Origin: Eledone cirrhosa
Lineage: Eukaryota
Length of the DNA stretch: 64,000 nucleotides
Reading direction: 5' to 3'
Assembly: GCA_964016885.1 (NCBI GenBank)
Contig: OZ024740.1
Location: 217,558,001-217,622,000 of the forward strand
This document shows, one piece after another, positions 22,386 through 32,544 of this stretch (its first letter is position 1; every line of letters starts with the position of its first letter). The position numbers were made by a program, and so were the translations under genes. The notes under the pieces were generated by a model. That model was not told the origin of the DNA. It saw only the letters and a program-made list of their open reading frames with translations, and did no database searches.

Positions 22386-22575
22386 GGCGGTGGATTGGCA
22401 GTATCGGTAGAGAGTCGGACGCCATGCTTTCCAACATAGTTACGTCTCTTTACGATCCGAGTTCAAATCCCGCCGAGGTTGACTTTGCCTTTCATCCTTA
22501 CGGGGTCGATAAAATAAAGTACTAGTAAGGCACTGGGTAATTGCTGGCCTTGTGCCTAAAGTAGAAACAATTATT
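22386..22575 (+). mobile_element. tRNA-derived SINE family 1, full length with target-site duplication
   Basis: A box TGGCAGTATCGG, B box GTTCAAATCC, core gcctttcatccttacggggtcgataaaat; direct repeat attattttaatattacatt at 22367-22385 and 22570-22588. Confidence 0.8.
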
Positions 22576-23042
22576 TTAATATTACATTCCTAACAAATTC
22601 ACGATCGAAACGCCCTTCAGGGGTGTCCGACCCTTAAAAATCAACAAAGGTGATACCTGTGGTAGTGCAGTTTGAGAGGAACTTGTGTGTGAACTTGCTG
22701 GAAGTAACGGGCATGTTTTGATCTTGTTAGATCTCATCAGCGAAGAATATTCACTTTGCAAATTGGCCTAATAAAGATATGGGTAAAGAGTAATATTTTG
22801 GTAAGCTAATGAAGGAGATTCTACGTGGTCGTTAAACAACTAGAAATAGCAGCTAAATTTCCTTCAATTCTCATGCTACTGTCGTAAAAGAAGACACATT
22901 ATATAATGTAGTTTTAAATACAATACTCCGAAAACAAAGAAAGAAAAAAAGTAGGATGATCACCGCTAGGAATACCTGTGAATATCGGTCTGTTGGACCA
23001 GGGGTTGTCTTAGAGCTAAACAGTAACATTGGCGACAACAAT

Positions 23043-23053
23043 TCCTACTACTG

Positions 23054-23130
<77 letters not shown>

Positions 23131-23147
23131 TCTACAACAACAACAAC

Positions 23148-23179
<32 letters not shown>

Positions 23180-23207
23180 TCACCACCACCGCCACTACCA
23201 TCACCAC
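23043..23207. repeat. Compound trinucleotide microsatellite (CTA)n(CTG)n(CAA)n(CAC)n
   Basis: Direct reading. Confidence 0.95.
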
Positions 23208-23602
23208 TGTTGGTTTGAGAGCAGAGGAAATCTCATAAGGACCTGCAGAACCCTACTTTAGATAAGACTTAAATATAACTCCTCAAGATTAGGGAAGGAA
23301 AATATCTTTTAAATGTCGCTTTTAATAATTCTTATTTGTTAAAAGGAAATTTCGGTACCAAGGTCATTAAATATCCATTTATCAGAATTCGTACATTGCT
23401 TAATTAGACCTGGATAACTAGTAGAATGTAATTTCTATTTTATCATTTATACTCCTCTGCTAACCAGTAAATTTCAAAATGGCGTCACAATGATTTGCTA
23501 ACAATGATTTGCAGCCATACCAAATATAAATTGACAGACTTATACAGACTGTTCGTCTCGCTGGTGTGTGCACAATTGCATCAAACTTTTACGCATCAAT
23601 GC

Positions 23603-23634
23603 TCACACACACACACACACACCTCACACACACA

Positions 23635-23708
<74 letters not shown>

Positions 23709-23713
23709 CACAC
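23603..23713. repeat. (CA)n microsatellite
   Basis: Direct reading. Confidence 0.95.
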
Positions 23714-23899
23714 ATCACAAACACGTATACATACGTTTATTCTGTGCCTAAATAATTTTTTGCTGTTCATCAAAACATACACACAGGCACGCTTATCCCA
23801 ATAACAGCATTGTACATTCACTGTTTCATAGACACATTGGCTTTTCACGGTGTCACTTCTACCGCCACATGAACTATGTGTCTTTAGGTAATGGTAGAA

Positions 23900-24477
23900 G
23901 TCAAAATTCGTTTACTGAACACACTTGAGTGGTCAATGCTTCTTTACGGCTGCGAATGGTGGACTTTCACGAATCAGACCCAGAGATAACTCGAGTCTAC
24001 TGAGATATATTTCTATCGCAGAATAATCAGGCCCTCGTACGTCGACTGGATAAATAATTGTTTCTACTTTTGGCACAAGGCCAGCAATTATCCAGTACAT
24101 TACTGGTACTTTATTGACCCCGTAAGGAGGAAAGGCAAAGTTAACTTCGGCTGGATTTGAACTCAGAATGGATAAATAATGAAGAGATTTTGAAGTCAGT
24201 GCGGACGGAACGTGAGATACTGCTCACTATTAAAAAGAGACAACTAATGTTCCTCGGACATGTCATCAGGAAAGGCATGATGGAAAACTTTTCCACTAGC
24301 GGAAACATTCCTGGGAAGTGTGCCAGAGGTCGTCAAAGGAGGTCGTTTTGTGACGATTTCAACATCAAAGCCACAGAAGTAAGGGATCTCGCCCGAGATC
24401 GAACACCATGGAATGCCATTATTGGTCAAACACTGAAACAGTGATGGCACAAGAAGAAGAAGAAGAAGAAGAAGAAG

Positions 24478-24506
<29 letters not shown>
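23900..24506 (+). mobile_element. RTE-like LINE 3' fragment with (AAG)n tail, interrupted by a SINE
   Basis: LLYGCEWW...NEEIL...KKRQLMFLGHVIR...RGRQR. A minus-strand SINE family 1 fragment at 24059-24168 is flanked by a 12-bp duplication tggataaataat (24047-24058, 24169-24180). Confidence 0.75.
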
Positions 24507-24508
<2 letters not shown>

Positions 24509-24666
24509 CCCTATCACTTCTATCGCTACATGAACGATCTATCTTTTTGTAGTTGTAGAACACCCTGTCGCTTCTATCGCTAGATGAACGACCTATATTT
24601 ATGTACTGGTAGAAGTCCCTATCACTTCTATCGCTACATGAACGATGTATCTTTACTGGTAGAAGT
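24502..24666. repeat. Minisatellite, three units of about 54 bp
   Basis: agaagtccctatcacttctatcgctacatgaacga... repeated three times with variation. Confidence 0.85.
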
Positions 24667-25032
24667 GACAACATCCATATGAATACCATTTGTCTCTTAC
24701 TTCTTTTGATATGCTTCATGTTCAACAGAAACTTATGACAAATAACTGAATCATAATTTACAGCAGTGTCAAATAATATTTAAAAGAACATTTCTTTCTA
24801 GAAGACAATTCGAGATGAAATTTATAACCAGATATTTTCTTAGAGTTTCGAGTGTTCGAGTGACATTTTAATGTTTCATAAGAGTTTCTGAGAAAATCTA
24901 CAAGAATTTTTTCGAAACCTAACTAAAGAAATTACCCTTTAGTCATTAAAATTTACATTGACAATCTCTCTCTCTTTCTCTACCTGTCTCACTCTCTCTT
25001 TATCTCTCTCTTTCAATTTCTGTCTCTCAGTT

Positions 25033-25093
<61 letters not shown>

Positions 25094-25147
25094 CGTCTGT
25101 GTATTAGTAGAGTGTAAACATCAATATATATATATATATATATATAT

Positions 25148-25451
25148 CCAGGGAGTGTAACTTGGAGTTACTGTAGGTTCACCCGGGTGAGCACTCAATG
25201 TTGAGGTTCACTTCAGTGTCGCAGTGTAGAGCTTGACACAGTGTATTATAGTGAAATAGATTTTAGTTGCTATGGAGAATTTTATAAAAATAACAAAATA
25301 AGATGCTGAGGTTACATATATCGTTTAATCATTATACTTATTTCCACTGTTCACCATGCAATCGAGATGCCCTTCATGCATTTGCTGTTGCTATGAGAAC
25401 AGTATCCTCAGATGAATAACCGATATGTTTGATATGTCGCTGGCAGGTAAA

Positions 25452-25489
<38 letters not shown>

Positions 25490-25702
25490 CGTATATCTAG
25501 CTTAATAAAGAAATGGCTTCTATATATACATGCGCGCGTGTGCGTATTAGTAGAGTGTAAATATCAAGATTAATATAGAAATGGCTTCTACAGGACTAGA
25601 ACTGTTTCAATCAGAAGAAATCATCAGGCTTTATTGAGGATTCAATTTGAATGCAACAGTTCTACTCCTGTAGAAGCCATTTCTATATTAAGCTTGATAT
25701 AC

Positions 25703-25773
<71 letters not shown>

Positions 25774-26061
25774 CAAACACGACCGCGGGCAAACCCTTCA
25801 AGGAACTCATATGTCTGCTAGGCGCACGAGCAATAGGACGTGTGTTTTACCTGCCAGCGACATATCAAACATACATATCGGTTATTCATCTGAGGATACT
25901 GTTCTCATAGCAACAGCAAATGCATGAAGGGCATCTCGATTGCATGGTGAACAGTGGAAATAAGTATAATGATTAAACGATATATGTAACCTCAGCATCT
26001 TATTTTGTTATTTTTATAAAATTCTCCATAGTAACTAAAATCTATTTCACTATAATACACT
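25148..26061. mobile_element. Penelope-like inverted pseudo-LTR pair (arms about 25240-25452 and 25845-26061) in (TA)n
   Basis: Near-perfect inverted repeat; each arm holds a hammerhead fold. The left arm has an extension with TGAGTGCT ending at (TA)n. A smaller inverted repeat (about 25561-25700) is nested inside. Confidence 0.65.
25882..25976 (+). ncRNA. Type I hammerhead ribozyme with long stem II (mirror copy 25325-25419, minus strand)
   Basis: ttattcat CTGAGGA tactgttc...gaacagtg GAAA taagta TA atgattaa. Confidence 0.6.
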
Positions 26062-26121
26062 ATATAATACACTATAATGCAATATATTAATAAATTGAAA
26101 CTATATTTATAAAACCATAAT

Positions 26122-26187
26122 TATTTTATTATATATATTTCAAGGGCAACCAAGGCAAATTTTGGTGCGCTTTCATCAGATAAAATA
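26122..26187 (-). ncRNA. Type I hammerhead ribozyme
   Basis: tattttat CTGATGA aagcgcacc...ggttgccctt GAAA tatata TA ataaaata; 8-bp stem I, palindromic stem III. Confidence 0.8.
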
Positions 26188-26442
26188 CAAAATTTGTTTT
26201 ATAAATGTTGACATACCCGTAGAAAAAGGTTCTCTGTATAGTGGAAATTTTTTTTTTTATTTAGGGTAATTCAAAGTTATGTGTGAGTATGCGAATGAAT
26301 GTCAGAAAGATTTGAAAAAACAACGGTTTATTTAAATTATACTGTTGGAAGAATAGAGAGAAAAAACAGAGAAAAAGAGAAAGAGAGAAGAAAAAAAAGA
26401 GAAGAAAAAAGTAAATATATTTTCCATTTATTAATATATTGA

Positions 26443-27501
26443 ATAAAAACAAATAACGAAACGAAATTAAATTTCGTTTCGTTTGTAACTCACTTTTGTA
26501 TGACTGACGCTTAAACAATTAAGTTAAAAATGTACATCCACATATGTATACTGAAATACTAGTATGCATATGAATACACACACGTATACATATGTAGATG
26601 TACCGAGTTTTTCACTGGTCACTTTACTGTGAGTGTCCAGCTATTCTGTATGTAAACACACAGACAAACCGGTTTTTAGAGTCATACTGGTTTTTGAGGA
26701 AACACCTTTCCTCTATTCTTCAGAAAGCCAGACAAGGAATATTGAACTAGTTTCGATGTTGTTACATCTCATCAGCAATATTTACCTATCTTCCGGCCTC
26801 TCTAGAGAATCGTAAAAGCACATATCGTTATATGCTTTTTCTATGAAAATTAGTAGTGGGCAGACTAATTTGCATAGAGCATGAGTACGTACCGGTTCAA
26901 CGGAGACGATAAAAACAAATAACGAAACGAAATTAAATTGTTTAAGCGTCAGTCATACAAAAGTGAGTTACAAACGAAACGAAATTTAATTTCGTTTCGT
27001 TATTTGTTTTTATCGTCTCCGTTGAACCGGTACGTACTCATGCTCTATGCAAATTAGTCTGCCCACTACTAATTTTCATAGAAAAAGCATATAACGATAT
27101 GTGCTTTTACGATTCTCTAGAGAGGCCGGAAGATAGGTAAATATTGCTGATGAGATGTAACAACATCGAAACTAGTTCAATATTCCTTGTCTGGCTTTCT
27201 GAAGAATAGAGGAAAGGTGTTTCCTCAAAGACCAGTATGACTCTAAAAACCGGTTTGTCTGTGTGTTTACATACAGAATAGCTGGACACTCACAGTAAAG
27301 TGACCAGTGAAAAACTCGGTACATCTACATATGTATACGTGTGTGTATTCATATGCATACTAGTATTTCAGTATACATATGTGGATGTACATTTTTAACT
27401 TAATAATATATTGAATATTTACTCCAGTAAACTGTTGAGTGCTTCATATCAGTTATAAAACTTTTAAGCTTGTTGAATCGCAACAGATTAAATATAACAT
27501 T

Positions 27502-27505
<4 letters not shown>
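26443..27505. mobile_element. Penelope-like pseudo-LTR palindrome (422-bp arms 26518-26939 and 26983-27404)
   Basis: I see one substitution between the arms; 43-bp spacer; 26443-26520 is the reverse complement of 26936-27013; 3' extension with TGAGTGCT ends at (TA)n. Confidence 0.75.
27140..27184 (+). ncRNA. Minimal type I hammerhead ribozyme (mirror copy 26738-26782, minus strand)
   Basis: aatattg CTGATGA gatgt aaca acatc GAAA ctag TT caatatt. Confidence 0.8.
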
Positions 27506-27554
<49 letters not shown>

Positions 27555-27871
27555 GTGTAACACTGGAAGGTAATATCCGTAGTGATAGAGCACTCAGTCC
27601 AAGGGACGAGTTAGGTAGAAGTGGTTACACAACAGCTAGTTCACCATACCGAGAACAATTGTTTCACCTTCGCGGATCTTCAGCTCGGGATGTGTATGGT
27701 TATAGGAACAGGAAGGACAACCGTACGAACGCGCATGCGCAGAAACTTGGTCACTCACACAGGCAATACTAGACTGCGTGCGGGAGGTATAAGGGAGATA
27801 ACTGCGAAAGTCCGGACAGTTTTTAGGTTGAAAATAAAATAAAAAATTTAAACATAAAATTACAAAGAATC

Positions 27872-28108
27872 AGCCATGTATGGTCCCTCAAGGACTCAAG
27901 TATAGGCTACTCCATTCAATGGAAAGCCATCACTAAGTCCAAGCCATACGCAAGGGAAAATCCGACGTGTGGCTTATGTATTGACGAACGGATAACTATC
28001 TTAAAGAGATTACGCAATAGTGATTGCCTAAACACGAGAAGTGAAATTTTCACACGTTGTCCACACGTCACCAAACATCTATTGCATAACTACAAGGCTC
28101 CGGACTGA
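27872..28108 (+). pseudogene. C-terminal fragment of a Penelope-like (Naiad-type) GIY-YIG endonuclease region; not in the ORF track
   Basis: Manual translation: SHVWSLKDSSIGYSIQWKAITKSKPYARENPTCGLCIDERITILKRLRNSDCLNTRSEIFTRCPHVTKHLLHNYKAPD*. Shows the W..W..PY..CxLC..E..LNxRxE..CxH pattern; clade name from recall. Confidence 0.7.
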
Positions 28109-28291
28109 TTCTTTGTAATTTTATGTTAACATTTTTTTATTTTATTTTCAACCTAAAAACTTACCGGACTTTCGCAGTTATCTCCCGTACACCTCCCGCA
28201 CGCAGTCTAGTATTGCTCGTGTGAAGTGACCGAGTTTCTGCGCATGCGCGTTCGTACGGTTGTCCTTCCTGTTCCTATAACCATACACATC

Positions 28292-28331
28292 CCGATCTGA
28301 AGATCCGCGAAGGTGAAACAATTGTTCTCGG
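28292..28331 (+). ncRNA. Type I hammerhead ribozyme (mirror copy 27649-27688, minus strand, with perfect stem I)
   Basis: ccga(g/t) CTGAAGA tccgcgaaggt GAAA caattg TT ctcgg. Confidence 0.7.
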
Positions 28332-28359
28332 TATGGTGAACTAGCTGTTGTGTAACCAC

Positions 28360-28435
<76 letters not shown>

Positions 28436-28440
<5 letters not shown>

Positions 28441-30670
28441 AAGGTTAAACAAGAGTCAATGAATAAATCAAAGAATGAGTTTTACAATAGATTGGAAGCA
28501 CTCAACAACAATCGTTTTCCGGAGTTATTAATCAGATTGTAAAACTTTAATAATGTTTTATTTTCTATTCATTTATGATAGAATTAATGTTAGACTAAAG
28601 GGTCTTGTTTAGGTATATAAACATATTATTTGTTAACATGTTCTCTTGATAAATATGCACACCTTTGGATATTTTAGATATATATAATTTAGATTGGGAT
28701 CCTTATATATGTGTTTGTGTTTTAAATATATAATTTGGATATATAACTTATAAGATTACCGGTTATAATTGAACCGTAAATCATTCATGCATTTATATAT
28801 TTTACTCATTTTGAGTATGTTTTAGGATTCAGAAAGTTAGATTTGTACATTTTTATTTTTTTATATATATTAATGTATAAATGTCACAAATGATACTAGT
28901 CGACAAATATTGGTTTTTCTTTCCACTGAACTGGATGTAAAACTACAATTATAACATTACTAATAATGATTGTAATTATTTATTTATTATATGTATATCG
29001 TTTCACTAATTCACTAATACCTATAATACTCTCTATATATATTTGAACAAATCTGTTTATCTAGTATAATAACATGCTCCTAGTTACATTTATAAGTAAT
29101 TTAGATACTCAAATGACTCTCTATTGTTATAATTGTTAGATATTTTCTGAATGTTCTAAATTATATAAAGATTATTACTTAATTTAATTTAATTTATTTT
29201 AATTAAATTCGGGCTACCTTCGAGTCATTGAAATCCTTAGCTCTTCTTTCTAACATCTTCGTGGACACTTTAGAAGTGTTGTTAGTCTACTATATAAATT
29301 TTAAAAAATCTCTTGCATTTTTAAACTATATTTTTTTTATATTAGGCACTTTTATGATCGCAAACAATTCATTATTTTTACTTTTTCACTTTTTATTTTG
29401 AATCTAGTCCTTATCCTTAGGATTCATGAAGTTTTGACTTGTTTATTTATAGTATATATCTATGAAATGATCCTATTATAATAATTGATCTAAAACATTA
29501 ATTTTAACAATATTATCAGTAACTTATTTATTGTATTGTATTATGTTATGTCTAACTGAGAGGTATCATCTTAATCTTTAGACAATATAATCTTTATGTA
29601 TTTTTTTGAAAAACGCATATATATAATTTAATAATCAAACTTTTTTAAGTTTAATTATAAGGCCTGTTGATCATTTAGGCATTCAAATTGTTTATCTTAA
29701 AATTCTTTAAAGATTATAACTGTAATTATTTTCTAAATTATAAAATGTAAACTATTTTCAATATAATATAAATAATTTAATATTATACAATACATTTAGT
29801 AAAGTTTAACTTCGCGAGGATGTAAAAACATTATGTTTTCTTTCTCGTGTTTGTAAATCCTTTAAATCTGACTTCAGAAAATTTGATTTTATGAATTAAA
29901 TATGATAGTATACTTTAATATTAATAGAGATATTTATTAACTTTTATAACCTAAAATATTATTCATTACTCTGAACTAACTTAAATTAAATGATTTGAAT
30001 GTTAGCGGTCAACCAGATATGTTTGGATATATATTGTATATATAGATAATTATCTATAGACTTGGTATTAACCTTCCAATTATATTTAAAATTTCGATTG
30101 ATGAATACTTTTAGATAATTCAATAATTCAATGAATTGAGATTTTTTTCTTTTTCCTAAAGCTAAGCCCAAATGTTGTTCTAATTAATATCTCCCTATAT
30201 ATTACACTATAAAAAGTATTCCGCTTTATCTCTCTCTCTGTAATCAACTCTCTTTTTCTTTCTATGCTCTTACTAGCTATATTATCCCCTCATCTGTTTC
30301 TTTCTCTATGGCTTTCTTTTCTTTCCTCTTTCTTCAGTAATTTAAATTATTTGAATCTCTAACAGTTATATTGCTGCTATATATGTTTTAAGCTTTCTCA
30401 CACGCACCCTCTCTATTATATGTATTATATGTAGGTTCTTTTCATGTTTCAATATTAAGGTATATAAATATTGAGTTTTGTCATATATTACTCACTACCA
30501 TGACTGAATCTTAACCCTCTACTATGTCAGGGTAATGTCATGCATCATTTTATTATATCTGATGAGGACGTACTGTTGAAGTTAACTCAGTACCTCTGAA
30601 ATATGTATAATGAAAATATACTTGATCACAAGAATATCTATTTTGTTAATATTTTGAATTAATATTATAT
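28436..30670 (+). mobile_element. AT-rich non-coding Penelope-derived element
   Basis: About 29885-30670 is homologous to about 59000-59795 and includes a hammerhead at 30551-30618 with eroded stem I. 28433-28533 is the reverse complement of about 59792-59890. Confidence 0.6.
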
Positions 30671-30704
30671 ATATTCATTTTATTAAGGCTAAATTTCTAT
30701 TTTA

Positions 30705-32470
30705 TCAGTTGTACGCTCGTCGCCGAGAACCAGATGGGCGAAGCGCAAACATGTGCAATCCCACCCAGGTCCATACTCGATAACCTCCATCTCATTTGAT
30801 ACATCATAGAGAGACTAGGGTGTAAACTGGCTTCGGTGAGGCTTTGATCAATTTAGATCAATCAAAGGCATTTGATAGGGTCCACCATCAATACTTGGAA
30901 GCGGTTCTCAAGGCAGCCGGTTTCGGCTCAGTCTTCAGAGGCTGGATCGCTGCTACGCACAGCAACATCTGCTCCGCAGTCAAGGTGAATGGCTACCTAT
31001 CGGAGCCATTCCAAATCATGCGTTCCATCCGTCAAGGATGTCCTTTCTCTTCCATTCTGTATGTACTGACTCTCGAGTCACTACTGCGGAAGTTGGAGCT
31101 ATTGCATGGCTTCCTGGTGGAACCAGGACTGCGAAAAGCAGCGTCGGCCTACGCTGGCGAGATGACCGTAATTGTGTCGAAAACCTCGGAAATCGGGGTA
31201 ATCGGCAACAGGAATGCGAAACGTTCACAGGAACAAGACTAAACCCAAACCTTGACAGTCGTGCCTTGCCCCCGCGAACATCTCACCAAAATGGAACGCC
31301 TACTCTTCAAATTTCTCTGGAAGAATCAGGCTCCATTGGTGAGGAGATCCATCTGCTGTCAACAACCTTCTAACAAAGGGCAGCGCATGCCGTAGCTGAT
31401 GATGCGCAAACACGAGCTGAGGCTACGCCATCTCCAGGTATTCCTGACCGGAGTGGCTGTCGTTTGTGAGATGAGCTCTTCCACAACTCGTCTCACTAAC
31501 AGAGCTAGAGTCCTGGGTCAAGCTAAGACCGAAAATGGGCGCCTCGCACCTCGAGTGTCTTCAGGCGTTCACAGCCATCTACCAAGCGGAAACGGCAATC
31601 AGCAGAGACTCAACTTCGACATTCTATTCTATAGGGGATTAGTGGAGGATAAATGAGACGACGTTCTCGGGGAACTCTAGGCATCGAGGAGGACGAACTG
31701 ACCAGTCTGTTCGGAAGGACTTTCCGTCCAGGGCCTATGGATAACTTCCAGAGGTCTCTGGCCTGGCAGTGCTACCGAAGAGCTCTACCAGTTCGAGACA
31801 AAATCTACAGGCACGGACGCCCTGGCAGAGATCCTGCTAAAAGGACCTGTCCAAGATGCGAGCAGGGCATCGAAACCGTTCTGCTCGCAATTGTTCAGTG
31901 CCCAGGGGTGACCGACCTGTGGAATTATGTCGAATAACTACTGTCACGTGTGGGACGCATCTAGTTGTCAGCCGAGTCGATCGTGAGGATCAACCCGCCG
32001 CCTTCATTTAACAATGAAGGAGAGGCGATTTTCTTCTGTCTGGTGGCTATGGCCAAAGTTGTAATATGGTGGACGAGGTTAAAAGGACTTATCCCCTTCT
32101 TTAAGTACAGAAGAAAGGTGAGAGTGGAGAGGGAGGTGTTACACCCCAGTAAATTCGCTGAAACGTGGGTGAATGTGGCGGAAATGGCCCGAGGGAATGG
32201 GCCTTCTCTGTATATAAACCTGTAGGTTGAGGAAGATAAACAGAGGGAAGACGGGAACACGTACAAAACGTGCTCCTGGTGTTGAGGGTTGTTCTATCCA
32301 CGCGGTGTAAAACAACACTGCAGTAACGTTCCCCCTATTTCAATTGTTATTTTATTATATATAGTTTATTGTTATTTATTAATGTTAAAGTTATATGATT
32401 TTTATGATTTTTATGTAAAACCCCCGCTGTCACGTCTTGTAATGTCCGATTTTTGTACGCAAATAAAGAA
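30705..32470 (+). mobile_element. Older 5'-truncated, degenerate Tx1/L1-type element
   Basis: INLDQSKAFDRV, RQGCPFS, MDNFQRSLAWQCYR, CPRC; multiple stops and deletions; ends aataaagaaa. Confidence 0.85.
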
Positions 32471-32475
32471 ATATA

Positions 32476-32489
32476 TCTATCTATATGTG

Positions 32490-32544
<55 letters not shown>

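Larger units (their letters stand above)
27551..28364 (+). mobile_element. 5'-truncated Penelope-like element with inverted pseudo-LTRs (27616-27873 and 28105-28364)
   Basis: Endonuclease-end ORF fragment between inverted repeats that each carry a hammerhead; (TA)n on both sides. Confidence 0.8.

Noticed and set aside
22386-22480. tRNA gene
   Set aside because: A and B boxes belong to a SINE head; no cloverleaf, and a SINE core and tail follow.
22708-22742. Hammerhead-like CTGATGA gatct aaca agatc on the minus strand
   Set aside because: GAAA is AAAA, U16.1 is C and stem I is only 2 bp; not counted.
24502-24666. CRISPR-like repeat array
   Set aside because: Contiguous tandem units without unique spacers, eukaryotic context, no cas genes anywhere in the window.
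24426-24725. ORF with SDRSDR repeats
   Set aside because: Produced by a 54-bp minisatellite plus the (AAG)n LINE tail; no splice or homology support.
25585-25632. Hammerhead-like CTGATGA...GAAA cag..ctg TA on the minus strand
   Set aside because: Stem I does not pair and stem II is weak; at best a decayed copy, so not counted.
26633-27289. Identical 60-aa ORFs on opposite strands
   Set aside because: A consequence of the inverted repeat; GTG start and no coding features.
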